64,000 bases of DNA from Squalus acanthias (Eukaryota), in the NCBI GenBank assembly GCA_030390025.1, contig JASTWF010000048.1, positions 372,001 through 436,000 on the forward strand, given 5' to 3'. The notes under the pieces are model-generated. The model ran no database searches. It saw only the letters and a program-made list of their open reading frames with translations, and was not told where the DNA came from. A program made the position numbers and the translations under genes. This document shows, piece after piece, positions 38,720-51,763 of the stretch (the stretch's first letter is position 1; each line of letters opens with the position of its first letter).

Positions 38720-39352
38720 ATGTATCTGTTACTGGGTCTAATGATCTTGTTTCACAGTAAGGGACCCTTTCCAACTGTAATATTTGTTAATTGCCTTACT
38801 TTATGTTTACTTCNNNNNNNNNNNNNNNNNNNNNNNNNNNNNNNNNNNNNNNNNNNNNNNNNNNNNNNNNNNNNNNNNNNNNNNNNNNNNNNNNNNNNNN
38901 NNNNNNNNNNNNNNNNNNNNNNNNNNNNNNNNNNNNNNNNNNNNNNNNNNNNNNNNNNNNNNNNNNNNNNNNNNTCTTTTTTTCTCTTTCTTTATTGCTT
39001 CATTGCCCGCGGGTCCCTGTTTACTGACCTCCTCCTCTTCCCCTTTCTTTCAACAGATGTGACGTCGCAGACGATCCGCCAGACTCCCGCCGCAGTCTCC
39101 AAAATTCCCGGGAATGGAGTGGAACTGAAATGCACTGTGAAGGGCACCAGTACCCCTCGCATGTTCTGGTACAGACAATACCCGGGGAAAGAGCCGCAGT
39201 TGATATTTTTCTCCCCAATTGTACAAAGTGTAACTGCAGAGGGGGCGGAGGACGGTTTTACCGCCGAGCGACCAATAGACACCGAGTTCAACCTGAAGTC
39301 CTCCAGCCTGTGGGCGAATCACTCGGCCGTGTATTACTGCGCCTGGAGTCTG
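38720..39352 (+). CDS. TRBV: TCR V segment A10, apparently functional
   Basis: Leader 38720-38756, V exon 39057-39352 open, ends YYCAWS. Confidence 0.9.
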
Positions 39353-39391
39353 CACAGTGACTCAGAGAGATGGAGGAGCTCAACAAAAACC
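39353..39391 (+). other. 23-RSS
   Basis: Consensus. Confidence 0.95.
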
Positions 39392-40345
39392 CCAAAGCAG
39401 CAAGAGACACCTGTATAACCTAAAACCGCGTGTTGCTTCCTCCCGCTGTGTTTTGTTTTACAGAGCGAACGTGTTTTCGACACGCGTTCGAAGAAAAGTG
39501 ATAGATTAGATATAAAGGCACCGGATAAGGTGCAAAGAAACTTTAACTTAGATGTAGTGGAGAATGATAGAATGAAAGTTAGATAGGTACAAAAAAGAAA
39601 TAGATTTCAAGAAAAAAACAAAGAAGGAAAGAAAGACAGAACGAAAGAAAAACAGAAAGAATGGCAGAAAGAAGGACAGAAAGATAGAAAAAAGGAAATA
39701 AAGTAGAAGAATGATGGGTTTTACACACTGACTGTGTTTTCATTTTCCACAGGACAGCAGAGTGCACTCTCGGACCAGGAAACACACTGTTTTCATAGGA
39801 ACGTAGGAATAAGAGGAGGCCATTCATTAACCTTGAGCCTATTAAATAGGAACAGGAATACGCTGTTTGGCCATCGAACCAGTAAGACAGGAGCATGAGG
39901 AGGGCATTCAATCCCCTTGCTTCTGTTAAACAGGAACAGGAAGAGGTCATACGACCCTCTAGCTATAGGAGCCGGAATTGGTAATTTGGCCACTTACACT
40001 GCTACAGGAGAATGCCGTGTAACTGTTCAAGTTGTTACATAGAAACAAGAGTAGGCCAGTCAGCCCCTATAGCCTGATCTGCCATTCAATGAGATCATGG
40101 CTGATGTGTGTTTCAACTCCATCTAATCACCTTTGCTCCATATTCCTCGATACCCTTCCCCAAAAATATCGATCAATCTCAGCCTTGAAAGCTCCAATTG
40201 ATCCTCAACCTGCCCTCTTATTTTAACCATCTAAGACCGGGTATCAGTCTAGTGAAACTGAACTGGATCCCCTCTGAGTCTAACTCATCCTTCCTGAGGT
40301 GCGGTGCCCAGACTGAACTCAGTACTCCAGATACTGTCCAACCAA

Positions 40346-40382
<37 letters not shown>

Positions 40383-42241
40383 CTTGCTCCGTCACCTTAG
40401 ATGAATTCAATTGATTATTAATCATTAAACATGCTGTATTAATGGTTTGGATGTCCTTTTCTTTCAGATATTCTGTACATTATAAGAAGTAGATGAAGCG
40501 GAGGGTTCAATGGGTTAATAACAGAGTTGAAAGAGCGGACGGAGGAATATGGGAAGGAGTCACACGTACCTCCCGATTATTCCTCTGAATAATTCCCAGG
40601 ATCACCTCAACAGAGGGGGTGCTGATCCATCCCCGATTTGTAGGATTGCGGTCGTGACCAGAGATGCGCTGATTATCATAGAACCTTAGAATGATGCACC
40701 ACAGATGGAGAACAGATGGAGTCCATTCGGCCCATTTTGCATGTGCCGGCTCTTTGAATGTGCTGTCCGATTAGACCCACTCCCCTTCTCTTTCCCCATA
40801 GCCCTGTACATTTTCCCCTCAAGATTTTATCCAATTCACTTTTGAAAGTTACTATTGAACCTTCTTCCACCGCCCTTTAGACGGTGCATTCCAGATCATA
40901 ACAACTTGCAGAGTAAACACATTCTCCTCCTCTCCCCCTCTGGTTCTTCTGTCAATAACCTTTTATCTGCCTCCTCTGGTTACCGACCCTGCGGCCACTG
41001 GACACAATTTCCCCTTAATTACTCTATCAAAACATTCATGATTTTGAACACCTCCATCAATACTCCCCTTAACCTTCTCTGCTCTAAGTTGAACTATCTC
41101 ATACCAATAGTAAATTGTTAATCTTAGAATCCTTAAATGTGTTTCATGATGTGCGAAGGCGAGATGCGTCTCCAGATACGTTTGTTACCGGGACACCTGC
41201 CTCATGACGGCGGTTTCAGCATCTTTTGACAACCATTTAGCCGCTTCACTATCAGGCTCCAGGGGCCTTTTGATGGGCTTTTCAAAGAATCTGCGTATTC
41301 AGCCCAGCAAAAAGTTAACTATTGAATTCGCGTTTCGCACATCTGAACTGAAACCTGCACTGCCTGAAACAGGAGAGCATCTGTCCCTGCAACGTTTTTC
41401 CTTAAGTCATAGAATTCTACAGCACTGAAGGAGTCCATTCGGCCCATCGTGTCTGATATGGCTCTTTGAAAGACCTACCCAACAAGACCCCCACCGGCTT
41501 CGTCCTACCCCTCTTCAAGTACAACCATTAGCATATCCTACTATTCCTTTCTCTCTCATGTACTTATCTAACTTCCCCTTCAATGCAACTATGCTATTAG
41601 ACCCAAACACTCCATGTGGTAGCAAGTTCCACATTCTCACCACACTTTGGATGAAGAGGTAACTCCTAAATTCCCCATTGGATTGATTAGCGTATATCTT
41701 GTAACTTCCCAAGTTTTGGTCCCTCTTATACATTTATTCCCACTCCCGTGCTGTTTCCCCATATTCCTGTTTTTTGTCCTTATCAAATTTATATCCAATT
41801 CACTTTTAAAAGTTATTATTGAATCTGCTTCCACCGCCATTTCATGCAATGCATTCCAGATCATGACATCTCTCTGTAATAAAATTCCTGTCGCCTCATC
41901 TCCCCACTGGCTCTTTCGACAATTATCTTAAGTCTGTGTGCTCTAGTTAACGACACTCCTGCCAGTGGATTTAGATTCTCCCTATCAACTCTATCGAAAC
42001 CATTGGTAATATTTAACACGTCTATTTGTCCGTTCCTTAACGTTCTGTGCTGTACGGTTCTATGAAGTTACGAAACTAGCGAAGGAATAGGATAGGGCGT
42101 GGCTTGCACAGTTAGTGACTTAAGAGTGACAATTACAACCGGATGCATCGTCCTTAATCAGATCCAATCGACAAACATCCTTCAAACGTGGTATTGAGCT
42201 GCACTAGTTCACAAAGTGAGCCATTGTCGAATGAATAAATC

Positions 42242-43162
42242 ATGTTTCATGAAGTTTTTTATCTAACATTAATGGTGACACTGATCCCACGTAAGTCCAA
42301 GTAACAAACTTATGCAGAGGTCTTTATAGAATGATGTATTATAATGTCAGTTCTCGTTCAGCTGGTAGAAACCTTGCTTTTGAATCAGGGGCTTTGGGTT
42401 CGGGTATTACTTCTGAGACTTGAGCACAAAATCTATGCAGACACTGCCGAGACAAGCACTGAGGGAGTGCTGCACTTTCGGAGGTTCCATCTTTCAGATA
42501 AGGCGTTACAACGAGCTGCCCTCTTAGGTGGCACGAAAATGATCCCTTCGCACTATTGGAAGAAGAGCAGCGAAGTTGTCGCCGGTGACCTGGGCCAACA
42601 TTAATCCTACAACAAACACCAAAAAACTTGATGAACTGGTCATTTAATTTCAATGCAGTATGTCGGAGCTTGCTGTGCTGAAATTGGCTGTCTCCTTTCC
42701 TACATTAAAACAATGAATACACTTAATCAGTACTTCATTGGTTGTAAAGAGCTTTGTGACTTTCTGAGGTCGGGAGTGGCGCTTTATGAATTGTAGTTCT
42801 TTTTCTCTGTATTCCGCGCTCAAATCAATTATTGACAAAAATAAGAAAATAATCGATGTTGCATTCGACAGGAATACTCGCCTCGTACGTGGAGCAGTCG
42901 CCTTCTACCCTATCGATTGGAGCAGGAGAGTCGACCACGCTCAGATGCACGCTGACGAATACTGGCTATACAATGTTCTGGTACAGACAACAACCCGACC
43001 GGGCATTAGAAGCTCTTTACTATTCTGTTGGAGCAGATGCTGTTACGAGCTACACATCCGAGTCTTTTAAGGCCGAAAGAAGCAGCGATACGCTGTTTAC
43101 TTTGGAACTAAGCGCCGCCTCTCTGTCTCACACCGCTGTCTATTACTGTGCTTGTGGTACCG
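42242..43162 (+). CDS. TRBV: TCR V segment C1 (family C), apparently functional
   Basis: Leader 42242-42290 (MFHEVFYLTLMVTLIP, GTAAGT donor), V exon 42872-43162 open, WYRQ, FKAER, ends YYCACG. Confidence 0.9.
42345..42800 (+). mobile_element. tRNA-head SINE with Deu-like domain, inside the V intron
   Basis: TCAGCTGGTAGA A box, GGTTCG B box, central TCTTTCAGATAAGGCGTTA..GGTGG..GATCCC..CCTGGGCCAA; copies in all three family-C introns. Confidence 0.6.
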
Positions 43163-43201
43163 CACAGCGTTTGAGAAAGCGGCTCCCCAGCTGCAAAAAC
43201 C
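43163..43201 (+). other. 23-RSS
   Basis: CACAGCG + 23 nt + GCAAAAACC. Confidence 0.9.
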
Positions 43202-43236
43202 TGCAGCGGATGAATGGGAGTTTAGTGCTCATTTTT

Positions 43237-43254
43237 CGCCAGCAGGTGGCAGCA
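43237..43254 (+). promoter_or_regulatory. RSS-proximal CTCF site
   Basis: CGCCAGCAGGTGGCAGCA, ~36 bp after the nonamer. Confidence 0.8.
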
Positions 43255-43403
43255 CTAGATATTAGTTCAGTGCTTCCTTTCTCCTTCACTCCTTCACCTC
43301 CTCTCCTCTCTACTCTCCTTCTCTTTCGTCTCCCTCTCCTCGCATACACTATTCCCTCCTCTCCCCTCTCCTCATTAAATGATTGGGGACATAATGGCGT
43401 GAT

Positions 43404-43556
43404 GGTGACGTCTGACGTCATCCCGCCCTGCAATAGTTAACCAAGCCGTGCATTTGCGGAAGAATGAAAGTAGCGGAGGCGATTGGAACTACTCGGGTAT
43501 CGGACCTCGTGTGACTCGCCCATGCTCCACTATCTGAGTCTGAGGACGAGCTCTGG
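43404..43556 (+). pseudogene. orphan family-B promoter + degenerate leader
   Basis: Tandem CRE (TGACGTCT/TGACGTCA, 43406-43420); homologous to 3430-3605; followed by GA-rich intron but no family-B V exon. Confidence 0.6.
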
Positions 43557-44161
43557 TCAATGCAAGCATAACTTTCAATGCAGTTTGTTTTCAGAGAGAA
43601 AGTGAGAGACATAGAGAGTTATTGAGGGAGACAGTTAGAGAGACACGGAAAGACAGACAAATAGAGAGACACAGTGTGGGACACAGAGAGAGAAGTTGCG
43701 AAAAGAGAAAGAGAGAAAGAAAATGAGAGAAAAAGAGGCAATGAGAAAGAGGGAGAGACATAGAGAAACAGACAGTGACACAGAGTGAGAGAAACAGATA
43801 GACACACACATTCACAGAGAGACAAACAGAGAGAGAAACATACAGGCCGATAGAGACAGAGAGCGAGAATGACAGACACACACAGCCATTGAGGGAGAGA
43901 TGCAGAGTGAGTGAGAGACGGACGAACAGAGAGAGAGAGAGGAATGAAACCGTGAGACAGAGATTAAGAGAGCGAGAGCGACAGATAGGGACATTGGCAA
44001 ACAAGTCGATTCCGAAAGGTTGAACTAGAGGAAGGGGGCGTGTCCTTCCCTTCATTGTTTCCTTACCCTCTTGACGTTTTGAAAAGAGCGGGTTGACTCC
44101 TCACAAAACTCCACGCTCCTGTTCTCGCCTCGTCCCTTATTAAACGTAAACCTTAAACTAA

Positions 44162-44787
44162 ATGATGTATCTGTTACTGGGTTTGATGATCTTGTTTCAC
44201 CGTAAGGCACATTTTCAAACAGTCATTATTGTTAAAANNNNNNNNNNNNNNNNNNNNNNNNNNNNNNNNNNNNNNNNNNNNNNNNNNNNNNNNNNNNNNN
44301 NNNNNNNNNNNNNNNNNNNNNNNNNNNNNNNNNNNNNNNNNNNNNNNNNNNNNNNNNNNNNNNNNNNNNNNNNNNNNNNNNNNNNNNNNNNNNNNNNNTC
44401 ATTCTCTTCCTCTCATTCTTTACTTCTTTCTTTCCCCAGAACCCAGAAGGCCCCTGTTTACTGACCTCCTCCTCTCCCCGTCTATTTCCCAGACGTGAAC
44501 TCAGAGACAGTCCGCCAGACTCCCGCCGCTGTCTCCAAATTTGCTGAGGAGGGAGTAGAACTAAAGTGCGACGTGGAGGGAGCCAGTAGCGGATCCATGT
44601 ACTGGTACAGACAGGACCCGGGAAGAAGCCTCAGTTGATGTTTTACTCCGGTGGTACCAATCACGTGAATCCAGAGGGGACGGTGGACGGTTATTTCGCC
44701 AAACGACCGAATGGCAACGAGTTCAACCTGAAGTCCTCCAGCCTGCAGGCGAATCACTCGGCCGTGTATTACTGCGCCTGGAGTCTT
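44162..44787 (+). pseudogene. TRBV: TCR V segment A11, frameshifted
   Basis: Leader 44162/44165-44201, V exon from 44493; 1-nt deletion in the G-run of FR2 (could be a sequencing error). Confidence 0.8.
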
Positions 44788-44826
44788 CACAGTGACTCAG
44801 AGAGATGGAGGAGCTCAACAAAAACC
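44788..44826 (+). other. 23-RSS
   Basis: Consensus. Confidence 0.95.
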
Positions 44827-45252
44827 CCAAAGGTGGCAGGAAACACCTGTGGATCAAGAAACAGCGCGGTGCCGCGTCCTGTTGGGTTTATTTTGAGGAG
44901 CGAACGTGCTTCTAACAAGAAGAAGAGAGAGGTTAGAATAAAAGTGAGCAATTAGACTAAAAAAAGGTACTGGAGAAGCTGCAAAGAAAGATAAGTTAAA
45001 TATCGTGAAGAACGATCGAACAAAAGGAAGATAGAAAGAAAGAAGGAAAGAAAGAGTGGAAGTAAGATAAAAGAAATAAAGACAGAAAGAAAGAATGTCA
45101 TAAAGAAAGAAACAAGTCCGAATAAAGAGAAAGGAAGACAGAAAGGAAGAAAGACTGAAAGAAAGGAAGAAGAAACAAAGATAGAAAGAAAGAAATGAAG
45201 TAAAAAGACTGTCGATCTTTTACACACTGACACTGTGTTTTCTTTCCCCACA

Positions 45253-45273
45253 GAGACTGCAGAGGGCGCTCTA
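45253..45273 (+). promoter_or_regulatory. putative CTCF site
   Basis: GAGACTGCAGAGGGCGCTCTA. Confidence 0.6.
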
Positions 45274-47950
45274 GGACAATCAAACACACGGTTGTTTGAA
45301 ATATGGTTTAATATGGAAGAGAATGAGACCATTCAGTCCCCTTGAGCCTGTTACATAGGAACAGGAGAAGGGCATTAAGCATCCTTCGACCGTATACACA
45401 GGTACAGAAGTAGGCCCATTCAGCCACACTAGCCTGTTACACAGGATCAGTAGGCGCCCGACACACCCACTCGAGCCTGTTGCGTCGGAACAAGACGAGG
45501 ATATTCAGTCCCTCGAGTCTGCTCTGCCAGCCAATGAGATCATTGTAGATGTGTATCTTCATTCTATCTAACCGCCTTTGCTCCGTGAACATCGATACAC
45601 ATACGCAACAAATATCTATCATTCTCAGTCTTCAAATCTCCAATTAACCCTGAGCTTCAACAGACTCTTGGAGGAGAGGGTTCCATATTTCCACTACCAT
45701 TGCCCGAAGAAGTGGTTTTTGACACAGCGCCCAAACGACCTAACTCTAAATTTAAGGTTGTGCCCCCTTGTTCTGATCTCCCCCACCAGAGAAAATAGTT
45801 TCTCTCTATTTACCCTATCAAAGTATGTGAACATTAACAAAACTTAATCAGTTCGGCACTGAATCTTCTTTACTCAAAGTAAGATAGACCAAGTTTTGCA
45901 ATCCTTCCTCATAATTTAATCCTCTCAGTCCCGGATATCAGTCTGGTGAATCTGCGCTGAATCCCCTCTAAGTCTAATATATCCTTCCTGTGATGCGGTA
46001 CCCAGAATTGAACTCAGTACTCCAGATGCGGTCTGACCAATTCTCTATATGACAGAAGAATAACTTCCTGCCCTTTCTATTCCAGACCCCTTGAGATAAA
46101 GAACAACATCCCTTTAGCCTTTTTGATTCCTTTTTCCCCTGTCTGCCGACATTGAGTGATTTGTTTACAAGGACAGTTACATCCCTTGGCTCCATCGTAG
46201 TTCCTACCTTCTCACCATTTAGAAAATACTCTGATCTATCTTTCTCTGGTCCAAAGGGGATGGCCTAGCACTTGCCCACGTTAAATTCCTTCTTCTACTG
46301 TTTTGTCCGCTGACTTAATCTCTATGTCCGCTTTGCACCTCCCGGTTCTCATCTGGTTTACTTACTTCCAATCAGAGAGGGAAGGGCCGGTCTGTCCATT
46401 GTAGGCGGTGGGGAGCGGCTTTCAACCAGAGAGGTGAGAGTAATTTAATAAATGCTGTATCAACGTATTGAATGTCGTTCTTTTAAGATATTATCGGCAT
46501 TACAACGTCCCGATTGCATGGTGAGTTACATGTGTTAACGACAGGGGGAGGAATAATTTTCAGCAATATCACACAACTCCCGTTTATAGCAGTGAGAATG
46601 ATAGAATGATACAACTATGCAGGAGGCCATTCGACCCAAAGAGTCTGTGCCGACTCTGTGAAGGATCCATCAAATCAGTCTCGGTTGAATCTGCTTCCAC
46701 CACACGTCCAAGCTACGTATTCCAGAACATAACTTGCTGAGTAAAATAATTTTACTTATCTCGTCCTCTGGTTCTCTTTCCAATTATTTTTAAACTGTGA
46801 CCTCTGGTTATCGAACCTTCTGCCATTGGAAACAGTTTCTCCTTATTTACTCTATCAAAATCCTTCATCATTTTGACTGTTTCTATTAAATCCCCCCTTA
46901 ACCTTCACTGCTGTGGAGCGAACAACCCATACAATTAGGAAAGAGTTAATGTTAGAACCCTTAAATATATCACCGATGTTTCACACTGTGCGAAGGCGAG
47001 ACGCATCTTCAGATATGTTTGTCTCCGGGACACCTGCCTCATGAAGGCAGTTTCAGAATTTGTTGAAAACCGTTTAAACACTTCTCTATCAGCCTCTAGG
47101 CGCCTTTTGTTGTGTTTTTCAAAGAATCTGCGTATTCAGCGTAGCAATGAATTTAATCCTTGAATTCTCAATTAGCACAGAGGAACTCAAACCTGCAGTG
47201 CCTGAAACAGGAGATAATTTTTCCCTGCAAGGTTCCGAGTTTCCGAGAATCAGAATCCGACAGCACTGAAGGAGGCAATTCGGCCCATCGGGTCTGATCC
47301 GGCTCTTTTGAAGACCTATCCAATTTACCCTCCCGGGCTTCGTCCTACCCCTCTTCAATACACCCATTAGCTTATCCTTCTATTCCTTTCCCTCTCATGT
47401 ACTTATCTAGCTTCCCCTTAAATGCAACTATGCTATTTGGCTCAACCACTCCAAGTGGTAAATGTGTTCCACATTGTCACCACACTTTGGGTAAAGAGGT
47501 TACTCCTGAATTCCCTCTTGGATAGATTAGTGTATATCTCATAACGCCCCTAGTTTTGGTCCTTCTTATCCATTTAGTTCCACTCCCCTGCTCTGTCCCC
47601 ATAGCCCTGTTTATTTTTAATTATCGAGTTTATATCCAATTCCCTTTTGGAAAATTATTATTGAATCTGCTTCCACCGCCATTTCAGGCAATGCATTCCA
47701 GATCATGACAATTGTCTGTAATAAAATTTATGTCCCCTCATCTCCCCGTTGGTTCTACTGCCAATTATCATAAATCTGTGCCCTCTGGTTAACGTCCCTC
47801 CTGCCAGTGGATATCGTTTCTCCCTATCAACTCTGTCAAAACCATTCGTAATTTTGAACACCTCTATTGGTTCTCTCCTTAACCTTCTGTGCTGTACGAT
47901 TCTATGAAGTTGCCGAACTACCGAAGGAATGAGATGGAGGGTGGGTTACG

Positions 47951-47964
47951 CAGGAAGTGACGTA
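47951..47964 (+). promoter_or_regulatory. ETS-CRE composite promoter element
   Basis: CAGGAAGTGACGTA ~125 bp upstream of the leader ATG. Confidence 0.6.
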
Positions 47965-48083
47965 TGAGTGACAATTGCAACCGGATGCTTCGTATTTAAT
48001 CAGATCCAACAGACCAACTGGCTTTCAACGTGGTATTGAGCTACACCCGATAACACAGCGAGTCAGTGTCGAATAAATAAATC

Positions 48084-48991
48084 ATGTTTCATGAAGCTCA
48101 TTATCTAACGTTGATGGTGGCACTGATCCCACGTAAGTCAAAGTAACAAACTTATGCAGGGATCTTTGTAGATTAATATATTATAATGTTAGCTGTTGTT
48201 TAGCTGGTAGAAAACCTGCCTCTGAATCAAAGGTTTTGGGTTGGAGTCTTATTGCCTGAGACTTGAGCATAAAATCTATGCTGATACTCCCGAGACCAGC
48301 ACTGAGGGAGTGCTGCACTATCGGAGATGCCATATTTCAGATAAGGCGTTAAACCGAGCTGCCCTCTCAGGTGGACATAAATGATCCCATGAAGAAGTGC
48401 AGCGAAGTTGCCGCTGGTGTTCTGGGCCAACAATAACCCCACAATAAACACCAAAAGCAGATGTACTGGTGATTTGTTTCAATGCAGTATGTGGGAACCT
48501 GCTGTGCTCAAATTGGCTGTCTCCTTTCCTACGTTAAAACAATGAATACACTTTAATCAGTACTTCATTGGTTTTAAAGAGCTTTGTGAGTTTCTGAGGT
48601 CCTGAATGCGCTTTATGAATGGAAGTTCTTTTTTTCTGTAGTCCGCGCTCTAAATAATTGACAAATACAAGAAACTAATCGATGTTTCTTTCGACAGAAA
48701 TACTCGCCTCGTACGTGGACCAGTCGCCTTCTGTCCTATCGATTGGAGCAGGAGAGTCGACCACGCTCAGATGCACGCTGACGAATACTGGCTATAACCA
48801 TATGTACTGGTATAGACATCAACCCGACCGGGCATTAGAAGCTCTTTTCTATTCTGCTACAGTAGGTGCTGTTACGAAATTCACGTCCGAGTCTTTTAAG
48901 GCAGAAAGAAGCAGCGATACGCTGTTTACTTTGGAACTCAGCGCCGCCTCTCCGTCTCACACCGCTGTCTATTACTGTGCTTGTAGTACCG
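48084..48991 (+). CDS. TRBV: TCR V segment C2, apparently functional
   Basis: Leader 48084-48132, V exon 48698-48991 open, ends YYCACS. Confidence 0.9.
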
Positions 48992-49030
48992 CACAGCGTT
49001 TGAGAAAGCGGCTCCCCAGCTGCAAAAACC
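48992..49030 (+). other. 23-RSS
   Basis: CACAGCG + 23 nt + GCAAAAACC. Confidence 0.9.
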
Positions 49031-49065
49031 TTCAGCGGATGAATGGCAGTTCAGTGCTCATTTCC

Positions 49066-49083
49066 CACCGCCTGGTGGCAGCA
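49066..49083 (+). promoter_or_regulatory. RSS-proximal CTCF site (variant)
   Basis: CACCGCCTGGTGGCAGCA. Confidence 0.65.
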
Positions 49084-50620
49084 CTAGATTTTATTTCCGT
49101 GCAAATATTCAGCCACCAGCTCATAGAATCATAGAATGGTACAGCACGGAAGGAGGTCATTCCTTCCTGTACCGGCTCTTTCTAAGAGCTATCCAATTAC
49201 TCCTATGCCCGTGCCTTTGCTCCATAGCCCATTAAGCGTCCCGCTTCAAGTGTGTATCCAATTTCCTTTGGAAAGTTATTATTGAATCTGCTTGCTCTAC
49301 CCATGAGGGCAGTGCATTCCAAACCATAACAGCTCGTTCTACAATAAAAAAATCATCATACCCTTGTCCGGTCCTTAAATGTGTGCCCACTGGTGACCGA
49401 CGCTACTGCCACTGGATACAGTTTCTCCTGATTTACTCTATCAAAACCCTTCATGATTTTGAGCACTTCCATTAAATGCCCCCTTAATCGTCTCTGCCTG
49501 TAGGAGAACAATCCCAGCTTCTCTCGTCTCTCAATGTGACTGAAGACCCTGGTCCCTGGTACCATTTATTAAATCTCCTCTGCACCCTCTCTAAAGGCTT
49601 CATATATTTCCGATCGTGTGGTGTTCAGTATCGGAACCAAAACTCCAGCTAGTTCCATAACCCATGATACCCTTACCTAACAAAAATCGAAGTTTTGAAA
49701 TCTCCAGTTGACCTCTGGCCTCAACAGTACTTTGGGCGAGAGATTTGCAGATTTTCATTATCCTTTGTGTCAAGTGGTCCCTCCAGATATGACCCTTGTT
49801 CGGCCTCGCTTTAATGCCCTGATGATGCCCCCTAGTTCTGGACAGCCCCTCACCAGAGGGAATACCTTCTCTCTATCTACAGTCTCCAATACTTTTAACA
49901 TTTTCAACACCTCAGTAGGATCACTGCTCAATCGTATCTACTCAATGGAATACAAGCCTAGTCTATGTAATCTGTCCTCATATATTAACTGTCTAATCCC
50001 CGGTATCATTATGGTGAATATTCGCTGCACTCCGTCCAAGGCCAATATCTCCTTCCTGAAGGGTGTTGCCCAGAACTGAACGTCCTATTTCAGATGGAGT
50101 CTGACTAGGTCTCTGTACAACTGAAGCATAACTTTCTCTCCTCTGTATTCCAGAACCCTTGAGATTAATTCCAACATTCCATTAGCCTTTTTGATTTTTG
50201 TGCCTGTCTATTGGCCGAGAGCGATGTGTGTAGCTCGACACCTAATCCCTTTGCACCTCCACAGTTCCCAGCTTCTCACCATTTAGTAAATACTCCAAAC
50301 TATCTTTCTTTGGGTCACAGTGCATGACCTCACCCTTGCCCACATTAAACTCCATCTATCTCTGTTCTGGACATTCATTTAATCTGTCCATGTCCCCTTT
50401 GCAAATTCCAGCACCCAGCTGCTATAATTAATGTCAATCGGAGTGGGAGGAGCTGGGCTGCCAATCAGTGAGGATGGGGCGGGCCTGTCAAACCTGCAAC
50501 ACCTGATAATGCCGTTCATGTTTTCCTTCATGATTTGAATAGAGCGGATTGGATCCTCACAAGATTCAACTTTCCTGTTCTCGCTGCTTTCTTTATTAAG
50601 AGAAAAGCTTCAAGTTAAAG

Positions 50621-51191
50621 ATGTATCTGTTGCTGGGTCTAATTATCTTCTGTCACCGTAAGGGACTGTTTCAAAAAATAATTCCTGTCAATAACCTTNN
50701 NNNNNNNNNNNNNNNNNNNNNNNNNNNNNNNNNNNNNNNNNNNNNNNNNNNNNNNNNNNNNNNNNNNNNNNNNNNNNNNNNNNNNNNNNNNNNNNNNNNN
50801 NNNNNNNNNNNNNNNNNNNNNNNNNNNNNNNNNNNNNNNNNNNNNNNNACGAATGTCCCTGTTTATTGACCTCCTGCCCGTCTCTTTCTCAGACGTGAAC
50901 TCACAGACTACCCGCCAGACGCCCGCCGCTCTCTCCAGAATTCATCGGGATGGAGTGGAACTGAAATGCACTGTTGAGGGAGCAGGTTCCCCTAACATGT
51001 ACTGGTGCAGACAATATCCAGCGAAGGAGCCGCAGTTGATGTTTATCTCCCTAACTGTACAAAGTGTAACTGCAGAGGGAACGGTGGACGGTTTTACCGC
51101 CGAGCGACCGAATGACTACAACTTCAACTGAAGTCCATCAGCCTGCGGGCGAATCACTCGGCCGTGTATTACTGCGCCTGGAGCCTGGAGC
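50621..51191 (+). pseudogene. TRBV: TCR V segment A12, pseudogene
   Basis: Leader 50621-50657, V exon from 50893; WCRQ; -1 frameshift with TGA at 51129-51131; small duplication at the 3' end. Confidence 0.88.
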
Positions 51192-51230
51192 CACAGTGAA
51201 TCAGAGAGATGGAGGAGCTCAAAATAAACC
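51192..51230 (+). other. 23-RSS with degenerate nonamer
   Basis: CACAGTG + 23 nt + AAATAAACC. Confidence 0.8.
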
Positions 51231-51742
51231 CCCAAAGCGGCAGGAATAGCCTGTTTAAGAAAAAACCGCGTGCTGCTCCGCCCTGTTTGGTTTATTTTGG
51301 AGAGCGAACGTGCTTTTGAGAAGAAGAGGAGACGGGTTTGATTTAACCTGAGAGATTAGATGTCGAGGCACTGCAGAAGCTGCAAATCAGGAATGAAAAG
51401 AATGATACCAGAACTGAGAAGTTATAACTATCATGAAAGGCTGAACAGGCTGGGGCTCTTTTCTCTTGAAAGGAGAAGGCTGAGTGGTGACCTGATAGAG
51501 GTCTTCAAGATTGGCTACCGTGGACGCAGCGCGCCGATGTTCTGCAGAATGATAAAATGAAATGTAGGTAGAGAAAGAAAAAGTAACAGATATAAAGAAA
51601 GAAAACCAGGAAAAAAAGGGAGAGAGAACGAACGAAAGACTGAAAGAATGGCAGAAAGAAGGATAGAAAGATATAAAGAAGGAACAAAAATAAAAAGACT
51701 GGTGGATTTTACACACTGAACACAGTGTTGTCGTTCTCCACT

Positions 51743-51763
51743 GGGACAGCAGAGGGCGCGCGA
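51743..51763 (+). promoter_or_regulatory. putative CTCF site
   Basis: GGGACAGCAGAGGGCGCGCG. Confidence 0.7.

Noticed and set aside
38753-38760. Isolated CACAGT(A/G) heptamer-like hits (also 51721, 43669)
   Set aside because: No nonamer at 12 or 23 spacing
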